A stretch of DNA of 64,000 nt. Source: a candidate division WOR-3 bacterium. Its GTDB lineage: Bacteria; Hydrothermota; Hydrothermia; Hydrothermales; JAJRUZ01. The stretch lies in contig JBDRZP010000007.1 of the NCBI GenBank assembly GCA_039804025.1, positions 2,719 through 66,718 of the forward strand. Direction: 5' to 3'. The notes beneath the pieces are model-generated. The model did no database searches, was not told the DNA's origin, and saw only the letters and a list, made by a program, of their open reading frames with translations. Position numbers and translations under genes: made by a program. The stretch's first letter is position 1. The number at the start of each line of letters is the position of its first letter. Below, in pieces: positions 26,161 to 35,012 of this stretch.

Positions 26161-28182
26161 TTACCTTGTGATTATAACTTTAAAAGGTTTATTCTCTTTG
26201 TTATATTTTAAAAAGTAAATGCCAGAGCAAATTCCATCAATGGATAATGAAATTCTTGAATTTGATTTGCTCACTCTATAAGTTCTAACTTTCTCACCAA
26301 GAACATTATAAAGTTCAAATTGACTTATTTTATCTTTAATCAAATGATTTGATTCAATCTTTATCTCATTTTTAACAACATTACCTAATAACCTGAATTC
26401 TTCTTTTGAAAAATCGTTTTCCTCTATTCCATATCCATAAAACTTGTAAATCTGTAAACCAGCATAATAATCAGCTACATAGGCGTAATTTTCTGAAACA
26501 TAAACACCTTCTGCCCATTCAGGTGTCTGATAGTATCCTACTTCATATGGTGAAGAAGGATTTGAAACATTTATTATCCTTAAACCAGAATTCCCATCAG
26601 CAACATAGGCATAATTGTCTGAAACATAAACACCCTGTGCATAGCCAGGTGTATCATAATATCCTACTTCATATGGTGAAGAAGGATTTGAAATATCTAT
26701 TATCCTTAAACCAGAACCTCCATCAGCAACATAGGCATAATTGCTCGAAACATAAACACCCTGTGCATAGCCAGGTGTATCATAATATCCTACTTCATAT
26801 GGTGAAGAAGGATTTGAAATATCTATTATCCTTAAACCAGCCCTCTCATCAGCAACATAGGCATAATTGCTCGAAACATAAACACCTAATGCAGCTCCAG
26901 GTGTATCATAATATCCTACTTCATATGGTGAAAAAGAATTTGAAACATCTATTATCCTTAAACCAGAACCCTTATCAGCAACATAGGCATAATTGCCCGA
27001 AACATAAACACCTATTGCATCGTCAGGTGTATAATAATATCCTACTTCATATGGTGAAGAAGGATTTGAAATATCTATTATCCTTAAACCAGCATAATAA
27101 TCAGCAACATAGGCATAATTGCTTGAAATATAAACACCTAATGCAGCTCCAGGTGTATCATAATATCCTACTTCATATGGTGAAAAAGGATTTGAAACAT
27201 TTATTATCCTTAAACCAGCCCTCCCATCAGCAACATAGGCATAATTGCTCGAAACATAAACACCTATTGCATCGTCAGGTGTATAATAATATCCTACTTC
27301 ATATGGTGAAGAAGGATTTGAAACATTTATTATCCTTAAACCAGAATTCCCATCAGCAACATAGGCATAATTGTCTGAAACATAAACACCCTGTGCAGCT
27401 CCAGGTGTATCATAATATCCTACTTCATATGGTGAAGAAGAATTTGAAACATCTATTATCCTTAAACCAGAACCTCCATCAGCAACATAGGCGTAATTGC
27501 CTGAAACATAAACACCCCATGCCCAGCCAGGTGTATAATAATATCCTACTTCATATGGTGAAGAAGGATTTGAAACATCTATTATCCTTAAACCAGAAAT
27601 TCCATCAGCAACATAGGCGTAATTGCCTGAAATATGAACACCTAATGGATAGCCAGGTGTATTATAATATCCTACTTCATATGGTGAAGAAGGATTTGAA
27701 ACATTTATTATCCTTAAACCAGCATAATAATCAGTAACATAGGCGTAATTGCCTGAAACATAAACACCATAAGAATAGCTAGGTGTAAAATAATGACCAA
27801 GTTTGATTGGATTTGACGCATCTGTAACATCCCATATTTCAAGTCCACCTTGTTCTGTTGCAATATACAATCTCTTATTTACTGGTTCATAAAAAAGTCC
27901 CCAAACAAATCCCCTTGTATAAATTTTTTCTGAAACTTTTTGAGGATTAGAAGGATTTGAAACATTTAAAATATATACACCACCACCTGAACCCAAAAAT
28001 ACAAGGTTCCTTGAAGGATCAAAAGAAACTGCAAAAGAAGGACCAAATGGCCAGTTGCCTATGAATCGGACATTCATTGAATCAAAACCTGCCTTTACTT
28101 CAATTTCAGAAGGAGGAAACAATTTCCAGGGCTTATAATTAATTCCGGTATTTATCAAATTTATAAGTATGAATACCAACAT
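26161..28182 (-). CDS. secreted LVIVD-repeat (beta-propeller-like) protein with T9SS-type C-terminal sorting domain
   Basis: about 11 copies of a 40-aa unit [41 protein letters not shown] (LVIVD repeat pattern); signal-peptide-like N-terminus; C-terminus ...[20 protein letters not shown] is T9SS-CTD-like. Confidence 0.7.
   Translation of the reverse strand: [673 protein letters not shown]
26440..27790. repeat. about 11 tandem copies of a 120-nt unit (near-identical) encoding the LVIVD repeats
   Basis: recurring strings such as tattatccttaaaccag at 120-nt spacing (26573, 26693, 26813, ... 27653). Confidence 0.85.
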
Positions 28183-28431
28183 TATTTATACCTCCTTATT
28201 TAACAATTAAATTTTACTTAAAATTTATAAAAAAATCTATAAAAAAATCAAATAAAAGTTTAGAATACCATAACATTTTAGACTTATAAAGATTATATTT
28301 TTAAATTTTTAAAAAATAATCGAAGGGAGAAAAATTATTTAAAGATTTATGGGTTTATATTGAATTTTTCTGGCTCAATAAGATTAAAAGAAATGCTTAC
28401 TACAAAATGTTCTAGATTTTGCTTTTTTCAT

Positions 28432-28475
28432 AAATATACCGCAACCTTTTTAACTCCAAAAGCATCTTTTGTTGC
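28432..28475. repeat. about 44-nt conserved element cataaatataccgCaacctttttaactccaaaaGcatctttt, copy 1, upstream (minus sense) of the LVIVD gene
   Basis: near-identical copy at 29232-29275. Confidence 0.6.
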
Positions 28476-28565
28476 CTATTTTTCAAAAAATTTTATAGCA
28501 ATCTCCATTAATTTTTCCCCTCTATAATTATTTTTTACACTTTTTTTCATATTTTAATCTTAAAG

Positions 28566-28648
28566 GAATTTTTGCGCACCCTAAAGGGTGCGGCTACCAT
28601 AAAATTATAGAATATGGGAATAAATGTTAAAAATTTTCAAAAATGGTA
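28566..28648 (-). repeat. inverted partial copy (hairpin-2 plus AT-rich body) of the structured intergenic repeat family found in tandem at 44448-44752
   Basis: 83 nt matching the reverse complement of 44670-44752 with 1-2 mismatches (gaatttttgcgcaccctaaagggtgcggctaccataaaattatagaatatgggaataaatgttaaa...). Confidence 0.75.
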
Positions 28649-28689
28649 ATTAATGAATAACTTTAATAGATTTTTATACTTTGAAAGTA

Positions 28690-29166
28690 TTATCTAATGA
28701 ATTTTAGAAAGGTAAAAAATATTATAGTCATAACACCTATCTGTCCTACCCAGAATATAAACATCCATTTTATTATGTTCGCATAAGTTTTTGAAATTTT
28801 TTCATTAAATTCAACTCTTAATTTTGAAATCTCCTCAGTAATTCTTTTATCAATTTTTGCAGTTTCCTCAGTTATCCTTTTATCAAGTCTTGCACTTTCT
28901 TCAGTTATCCTTTTATCAAGTCTTGCGATATCTTCAGATTTTAATTTGTTAATCTCTTCAGTTATCCTTTTATCAAGTCTTGAGATATCTTCGGCTCTTA
29001 ATTTATTAATCTCTTCAGTTAATCTCCTTTCATATTTTTCAGTCTGTAGCTCAATTAAATCAATTTTCAGTTTTTCATTAGAGGCATTTAAAAGCTCAAT
29101 TAATGCATCAACCCCATCTTCCCCAAGCTTCTCCCTTAAAACCTTTGGAATAGTTATTATTTTCAT
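28690..29166 (-). CDS. tail-anchored coiled-coil protein with RLDKRITEExxKL 11-aa repeats and C-terminal TM helix
   Basis: 158 aa; repeats encoded by 33-nt DNA tandem repeats; C-terminal KWMFIFWVGQIGVMTIIFFTFLKFI hydrophobic anchor. Confidence 0.5.
   Translation of the reverse strand: MKIITIPKVLREKLGEDGVDALIELLNASNEKLKIDLIELQTEKYERRLTEEINKLRAEDISRLDKRITEEINKLKSEDIARLDKRITEESARLDKRITEETAKIDKRITEEISKLRVEFNEKISKTYANIIKWMFIFWVGQIGVMTIIFFTFLKFIR
28835..29030. repeat. 5-6 tandem copies of a 33-nt unit (cagttatccttttatcaagtcttgc...) inside the 28690..29166 gene
   Basis: read directly. Confidence 0.8.
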
Positions 29167-29231
29167 AATTTAAATTATAAAGAAAAGATACGAAAAATTC
29201 AAATATTTAAATCTTCTTGATTTTAATTTTT

Positions 29232-29275
29232 CTATAAATATACCGTAAACCTTTTTAACTCCAAAAAAAACATCT
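29232..29275. repeat. copy 2 of the 44-nt conserved element, about 70 nt upstream (minus sense) of the start of 28690..29166
   Basis: ctataaatataccgTaaacctttttaactccaaaaAaaacatcttttt vs the 28432 copy. Confidence 0.6.
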
Positions 29276-29294
29276 TTTTCTATATTGTCGCAAT

Positions 29295-30929
29295 TTAAAT
29301 ATACAGAAAAAATATTAAAAAAAGGATAAAAACTAAAAGAAATATTAAAATCGGAGATATTCCAAGGGGAGTTAATAAATAACCGAATATAAAGGCAAAA
29401 GATGCAACAAAAACACTGTAAGGCAATTGGGTTCTAACATGATCGATGTGATCACAGGAAGAAAAAATTGAACTCATTATAGTTGTATCTGATATTGGTG
29501 AACAATGATCTCCAAAAATTGCACCATCAAGGATAGAGGCAAGAGTCATAATCGTTGTAATTCCATAGACATTTCCATCAAGAGCAAAGGCAACAGGTCC
29601 TGCTATGGGAATAATTATTGCCATTGTTCCCCAGCTTGTTCCTGTTGCAAAAGAAGTAAGACATGAAACTAAAAATGTAAGAGCAGGAAAAATTTTAGGA
29701 GAAATAATTCCTTTAAAAATATTTATGAGATACTCTGCAGTTTTTAATTCAAGACAGACATTTTTAAGAGACCAGGCAAGAACTAAAATTGTAATGGGTA
29801 AATAGGAAGAAAAAGCACCCTTTACTGAATAATAAAAATTTTTTTTAAAACTCAAACCACTATTTATTTTTGAAATTAATAAAGCACTTATTAACCCAAA
29901 GAAAGAGCTAACTAATAAAACAAATATATTGTTTTCTGCATTAGTTATAACTTTAAGCCATACATAGGGATTAAAAAAATTAAAAATATTTTCCCTTAAA
30001 TAAAATAAACCTTTACCATCAAGCCATAACCCGGAAAGAAGGGTTAAAAATAAAATGAAAACAGGAATTATAAAGGTCATTAAAGAAGACCTTGCACTTT
30101 CATCCTCCCTTATTCTTTCAAAACCTTTAGAAGAAAGAGGAACAGCTCCATCATTCAAAAGTTTTCCTTCTTTTTCTGCCCTCTCCTCTGCTTTTTTCAT
30201 TGGACCGAAATCTTTCCCTTTTAAAGTCAAAATTAAAATAAAAATTATCATGAAAAGACAGTAAAATCTATATTTAAATACATCAAGAAATATTGAATAA
30301 CCGTCCTTTAAAATTCCCACACTTTTTGCAAATTCAGAAAATAATCCCACTTCATATCCAATCCATGTGCTTATAAGGGCAATCCCTGCAACAGGAGCAG
30401 ATGTGGCATCAACTAAAAAAGCAAGTTTTTCCCTTGAAATTTTAAATTTATCTGTTATAGGTCTTGCAGAAGTTCCAACAACCATTGTATTTGCATAATC
30501 ATCAATAAAGACAATAAGTCCAAGAAGAAATGTAATAAATTGAGCCCTTTTTTTTGTCTTTGCAAATCTTATCAAATAATTAACAAGAGAGCTAAATCCA
30601 CCTGAAGCTGTTATAACACTGATCATTGACATAATAAAAACAACAAAAAGGAGAATTTCAATATTTGTAATATTAAAGAGAGAATTTGTTATAAAACTTA
30701 AAGATTTTATTAAAAAAAATTCCGTATCTCTAAAAAGCATACCACCAATAATAACTGATAAAAATAAACTCATTAAAAGTTTTCTTGAAATAAGAGTAAG
30801 TATAATTGCCAAAAAAGGGGGTAAAACACTTAAAAATTCCCTCTCTCCATCTATTTTGAAAAAAATTTTTAAAAAAAGAAAAAGGAAAAAAACAAAAAAA
30901 TGAAAAAAGTAATTTTTTAAAAATTTCAT
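29295..30929 (-). CDS. Na+/H+ antiporter NhaC-family-like membrane transporter
   Basis: 544 aa, 11-12 TM helices, C-terminal GDHCSPISDTTIMSS motif resembling NhaC family. Confidence 0.5.
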   Translation of the reverse strand: MKFLKNYFFHFFVFFLFLFLKIFFKIDGEREFLSVLPPFLAIILTLISRKLLMSLFLSVIIGGMLFRDTEFFLIKSLSFITNSLFNITNIEILLFVVFIMSMISVITASGGFSSLVNYLIRFAKTKKRAQFITFLLGLIVFIDDYANTMVVGTSARPITDKFKISREKLAFLVDATSAPVAGIALISTWIGYEVGLFSEFAKSVGILKDGYSIFLDVFKYRFYCLFMIIFILILTLKGKDFGPMKKAEERAEKEGKLLNDGAVPLSSKGFERIREDESARSSLMTFIIPVFILFLTLLSGLWLDGKGLFYLRENIFNFFNPYVWLKVITNAENNIFVLLVSSFFGLISALLISKINSGLSFKKNFYYSVKGAFSSYLPITILVLAWSLKNVCLELKTAEYLINIFKGIISPKIFPALTFLVSCLTSFATGTSWGTMAIIIPIAGPVAFALDGNVYGITTIMTLASILDGAIFGDHCSPISDTTIMSSIFSSCDHIDHVRTQLPYSVFVASFAFIFGYLLTPLGISPILIFLLVFILFLIFFLYI

Positions 30930-31522
30930 TTTATAGATAAAATAAAAATTATAAAAATTGGAACAAATAAGGAAAGTAAAAAACCATTTATAATTGATAG
31001 CAAAAGATATTCTTTACCACCCCACTTTATTATAACAGGAAGAGTGGTATCAACTGTTGTAGCACCACCTGATGCAATTAAAGAGCTTTTACCAAAAATC
31101 CTTATAAGGAAAGGAGCAAAAATAATTGTTTCAATTTCTCTTAAAAGGTTAGTCATTAATGTTATAATCCCAAAAAACTCACCTTTTATTTCTGAAACAA
31201 GAATACTTGATAGACTGTAATAACCCATTCCTGACACAATGGTTATCCCCTCTTTTATTGGAAATCTAAATATTAAAAAAACAAAAAAAGAAAAGAAGAT
31301 TGTCCCCAGAAGTGAAATAAAGGGAAATAACAGATATTTAAAATTTATATTTTTAAAAATTTCTGAAACTCTTTTTTCACTACCAATTTGAATTCCAACA
31401 AAAAAAAGAAGAATATAAAGAACATAGGTTTTATAGTCAAACTTTTGCAATTCAGTAAATGAGAAAAATTTACCTGTTAAAATACCGAAAAGGAAGAAAA
31501 AAAAGAAAAAAATTGATGTCAC
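30926..31522 (-). CDS. membrane protein, possibly DUF340/LysO-like exporter subunit
   Basis: 198 aa, polytopic; ATGA-type overlap with the NhaC-like gene; weak family call. Confidence 0.3.
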   Translation of the reverse strand: MTSIFFFFFFLFGILTGKFFSFTELQKFDYKTYVLYILLFFVGIQIGSEKRVSEIFKNINFKYLLFPFISLLGTIFFSFFVFLIFRFPIKEGITIVSGMGYYSLSSILVSEIKGEFFGIITLMTNLLREIETIIFAPFLIRIFGKSSLIASGGATTVDTTLPVIIKWGGKEYLLLSIINGFLLSLFVPIFIIFILSIK

Positions 31523-31776
31523 TTTTTTAACAAAAAATATGTAAATAAAGAACTTCCTAAAATACCTGTAATAGAAAAAATTAAAGAATAATAAAAATTT
31601 TTATTCAAATTAGATAGGATTTTTTCATCAGAACCAACTGAATAACCTATTACAAAAAGAAAAACTGCAATAAGAATATATACAATAATTTCCGAGAATT
31701 TATTTAAAAAGGCAATTTTTTTTAATAAAAAACCTATAACTATACCAGTTAAAAAAAATATGAAAATATTTATCAT
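31519..31776 (-). CDS. small membrane protein (85 aa), probable partner of 30926..31522
   Basis: 3 hydrophobic helices; overlapping stop/start with flanking genes. Confidence 0.3.
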   Translation of the reverse strand: MINIFIFFLTGIVIGFLLKKIAFLNKFSEIIVYILIAVFLFVIGYSVGSDEKILSNLNKNFYYSLIFSITGILGSSLFTYFLLKK

Positions 31777-32252
31777 TAATTAAATATCTGAGAAATTACT
31801 TTACCAACAAAATGAGAAATGATAACAACTAAAGTTCCTATAATTAAATGCTCAGATACAACTTTAAGGGGGTTCTCAGACTGAATTCTGGAAAGAATAT
31901 AACTTATAACTGTAAGAACAAAGAATCCCCATAAAATATTAACAATAACTGCTAAATTTAATTTTAAAAACAAAACAGGCAAAATAAAAGTAGAAGCAAA
32001 TATAAATTTTGCTAAAAAGGTTGAAATTGTTGAAACCCATATTTCTTTTCCTGTATGAACATTCTCTGACTCCTCAGAAATATGAATTCCAAGAGCATCG
32101 GAAAAGGCATCTGCAATTGCAATTGTAAGAATACCTCCTATTACAGCAAGCCTTGAACTTGTACCTGAAAAAAGTCCTACCATAAGACCCATTGTTGTTA
32201 TTATTCCAGAGGTCATACCAAAGGCAAAACCCACTGTTATTGAATGCCTCAT
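31776..32252 (-). CDS. VIT1/CCC1-family-like (Fe/Mn transporter-like) short membrane protein
   Basis: TVGFAFGMTSGIITTMGLMVGL...AIADAFSDALGIHISEESE resembles the VIT1 N-terminal block (lGanDGlvtt..lv.G....aliAgalSMalGEYvSv). Confidence 0.4.
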   Translation of the reverse strand: MRHSITVGFAFGMTSGIITTMGLMVGLFSGTSSRLAVIGGILTIAIADAFSDALGIHISEESENVHTGKEIWVSTISTFLAKFIFASTFILPVLFLKLNLAVIVNILWGFFVLTVISYILSRIQSENPLKVVSEHLIIGTLVVIISHFVGKVISQIFN

Positions 32253-32258
32253 AGGCTT

Positions 32259-33569
32259 TTAATACAATTTTTTTACTTTCACAAAAGCCGATAAATAAGT
32301 AATTTTACTTGACCAGTCAGGTGAAGGAAAATTAACATTTGGGTCAGTTGGAGAACTATCCTGGGCATGAGTATTTTCTCCACCTGTTGTAAAAACTTCA
32401 ATAAAAATAGAATCAGGATTTGAAAGAAGAGAATCAGGTATTGAAAATTCTAAAAAATTACGAGAGGTGTAACCCTGCTCTCCACCTTTATTCAGAAGAT
32501 TTAAATATTGCCAGGAAGAACCTTTCCATCTGCATAATTGCGCTTCTTGAAGAATATCATTTTCAGGATGCCAGACATAAAGTATATATTTTGGATAAAA
32601 GGGATTTAAAGAATCACCTGCTGCAACCCTTCTATTCCATGGGTCAGAGAAAGCTCCTGATGGGGAAATTGAATTTGTAAAAATATATATTCCAAAAGCA
32701 AGACCGTAATTAGGTCCTGAATTAACATTAAAGCCTATAAACCACTTATCATCAATATGACAAGCCCATAAAGAGTCTAAATCAAGATTTGGCTCATTAA
32801 TATCATAAACAGGATCAAGACCTCTAAGATCCTGAGGTAAAAAATCATTTATTCCATCAATGATTATTGGATTCCTTACTGTACTCTTTTTCAAAACAAA
32901 GTTAATATTTTTTATTTCACTGTAATTTAAAAATAGAAAAAGAGTATCAGGAGAATAATTATTTGACATAGCAATTATTTTAAAAGAATCATCAATAAGA
33001 TCATTAAACTCAAAAGAATTATTCATGGAGTCTGTTGTAAAACTTCTTAAAAGGGTATCAGAATTCTTATAGTAAAGATAAACTTTTGAAACTGGATATG
33101 GAGCATTAATTATGTCTTCAAAATTAACCTTGCCCCTAATTGTTCCTGTACCTCTTATTTTTTTAATTCTGTAAAATAATGAATCCTCAAGTAATAAAAA
33201 TCTGTAAAAGCCATCCTCAGGTAAACTTGCTGATATATGTGTTCCCTCACCTGAAACAAGCTCAAGTTTTCCATAAAGTAAAGTATCTTCCCAGGAAGTT
33301 CCAAAGGAAGGATCCCATTTCTGGTCAGGAACAAATTTAAACATTATGTTTTTTTTATATTTAAATTTTTTAACTATTTCCCATCTATAGTCAGAAACAA
33401 GTTCCATAAAGGAATTTGGGTCACCTAAATTCCATCCTTGAAAATCTCCTGCAAGTTGCATTTTGCTGTAATTGGAGAGATAGTAATTACCTGGCAATTT
33501 AAAATAAGGATTTTCTCTTTTTTTACAGGATAAAAAAATTAATAAAATTATAAAAAAAAACTTTTTCAT
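32259..33569 (-). CDS. lipoprotein with N-terminal CBM48/E-set glycogen-binding-like domain
   Basis: signal peptide plus Cys lipobox (LIFLSCKK); QLAGDFQGWNLGDPNSFMELVSDYRWEIVKKFKYKKNIMFKFVPDQKWDP matches CBM48/AMPK-beta GBD pattern. Confidence 0.45.
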   Translation of the reverse strand: MKKFFFIILLIFLSCKKRENPYFKLPGNYYLSNYSKMQLAGDFQGWNLGDPNSFMELVSDYRWEIVKKFKYKKNIMFKFVPDQKWDPSFGTSWEDTLLYGKLELVSGEGTHISASLPEDGFYRFLLLEDSLFYRIKKIRGTGTIRGKVNFEDIINAPYPVSKVYLYYKNSDTLLRSFTTDSMNNSFEFNDLIDDSFKIIAMSNNYSPDTLFLFLNYSEIKNINFVLKKSTVRNPIIIDGINDFLPQDLRGLDPVYDINEPNLDLDSLWACHIDDKWFIGFNVNSGPNYGLAFGIYIFTNSISPSGAFSDPWNRRVAAGDSLNPFYPKYILYVWHPENDILQEAQLCRWKGSSWQYLNLLNKGGEQGYTSRNFLEFSIPDSLLSNPDSIFIEVFTTGGENTHAQDSSPTDPNVNFPSPDWSSKITYLSAFVKVKKLY

Positions 33570-34009
33570 TTTACCCTTAAAATTGAATTAACATAAGGAC
33601 CATTTTGAATCCTCTCAGGATTTGATGGATCAAGAATCCAGTTCACTCCATCAATTACATATTTATACTGATATACACCAGGTGGTAAAACTTTTATTAT
33701 AGTCCATATACCATCACCTTTTACTCTATCACCCTTTACACCATCATCGTTCATCCTATCAATATCCGGGTTATAAACACCATTTGCAGTTCCTCCCCAG
33801 GCATTAAAATCTCCTGCAAGTGTTACATATCTTGCAGAAGGAGCATAAACTTCAAAAATTACAAACTTTTGATTCTCTCTCTTTAAAACCCTTATTTCCT
33901 CAGGAACATCTTTTTCATCAATTATCCGTGGAGGTGGAACTCTGGGTCTTATAGAATTCCACAGTGAACAGGAAAAAATCATTAAAAAGAAAAGAAAGAA
34001 AAATTTCAT
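33566..34009 (-). CDS. secreted CBM48 (glycogen-binding) domain protein
   Basis: VTLAGDFNAWGGTANGVYNPDIDRMNDDG...GIWTIIKVLPPGVYQYKYVIDGVNWILDPSNPE is the classic CBM48 signature. Confidence 0.6.
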   Translation of the reverse strand: MKFFFLFFLMIFSCSLWNSIRPRVPPPRIIDEKDVPEEIRVLKRENQKFVIFEVYAPSARYVTLAGDFNAWGGTANGVYNPDIDRMNDDGVKGDRVKGDGIWTIIKVLPPGVYQYKYVIDGVNWILDPSNPERIQNGPYVNSILRVK

Positions 34010-34018
34010 AATTAATTA

Positions 34019-34825
34019 TTAAAAAAAATTTAAAGGATTTTCAATTTCAGGAATAATTATATCAAAACCTTTAAAACTTCCCTCTTTTACCCTATTCATA
34101 ATTTTTTTTACCATTAAACCATTCTTTTTTAAAAAATCAGTTATTCTATCACCCTCTTTAATTGATGCTTCAAAGGGATTATAAACTACGAAAAAAATAC
34201 TCCTCTTAAATTCAGGATAAAATTTCTTATATATGTTTAAATTTTCTTTAATCTTTTCATAAACTGGGTCCTTTTCAATTTTTTCACCCATAATTTTCCT
34301 CAATTCAATTATTTTTTTTCTCTGATGCAATAAAAAACTTAGAAGTTTTTTTCTCATAAGAATAAGAGAAACTATTCTTAAGGAAAGAGCTGTTGGAGGC
34401 ATATCAAAAATTACTCTATCGTAATTATCAGAGAATCCCTTAATAATAAGGTCAATCATACAATCTTCTTCTATACCTGGTAAATATCTAAAATTTTCTT
34501 TTAAAGAATCTTCAAATAAAGTAAAAAGAGGAGAAAATTTTTCAATTTTCCTTGATTCCTCAAATGCTTTTTTATCTATTAGTCTTTCTATATCAGGTTC
34601 ATATATAAAAATATTTTTAAACTCTTTAAATTCTTTTTTTTCTTTTAAACCGAGATAATCTGAAATGTTATGGGCAGGATCAAGAGAAAAAAGAAGAGTA
34701 TTCTTTCCAAAAAATTTTGAAAGGAGTATTGAAAGAGTTGTTTTTCCTGAACCACCTTTTCCAAGAAAGAAAAAAAATTTATGAGATATCAAAAAATCCG
34801 AATACTTCTGAAAAGGGGTCATCAT
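34019..34825 (-). CDS. ArsA/GET3-family P-loop ATPase (short form)
   Basis: P-loop FLGKGGSGKTT and the family-specific DPAHNISD motif. Confidence 0.55.
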   Translation of the reverse strand: MMTPFQKYSDFLISHKFFFFLGKGGSGKTTLSILLSKFFGKNTLLFSLDPAHNISDYLGLKEKKEFKEFKNIFIYEPDIERLIDKKAFEESRKIEKFSPLFTLFEDSLKENFRYLPGIEEDCMIDLIIKGFSDNYDRVIFDMPPTALSLRIVSLILMRKKLLSFLLHQRKKIIELRKIMGEKIEKDPVYEKIKENLNIYKKFYPEFKRSIFFVVYNPFEASIKEGDRITDFLKKNGLMVKKIMNRVKEGSFKGFDIIIPEIENPLNFF

Positions 34826-35012
34826 TAAAAAGAAAATTTTTATTTTTTATTTCCTCTACAAGATAAGGATAAATTTCAAGAAAAAAGGAAAAGGGTAGAA
34901 AAGGTGAAAGTCCAAGAAGCGGAGAAAAAGTAATCATTAAAAAAACTTTTTCTCTCTCGTATAACTCCTTTTTTATTTTAGAAAACAAAAATTTTTTAAA
35001 AGGATTTTTCAT
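34779..35012 (-). CDS. small hypothetical protein (77 aa) overlapping both neighbours
   Basis: ORF-track only; overlaps the ArsA-like start by 47 nt and cstA start by 17 nt; may be spurious. Confidence 0.15.
   Translation of the reverse strand: MKNPFKKFLFSKIKKELYEREKVFLMITFSPLLGLSPFLPFSFFLEIYPYLVEEIKNKNFLFNDDPFSEVFGFFDIS

Noticed and set aside
26406-27737. 443-aa plus-strand ORF with H/N/Q-rich repeats (HQQHRHNC...)
   Set aside because: It is antisense to the 120-nt tandem repeats of the LVIVD gene. The open frame is a by-product of low-complexity repeated DNA, not an independent gene.
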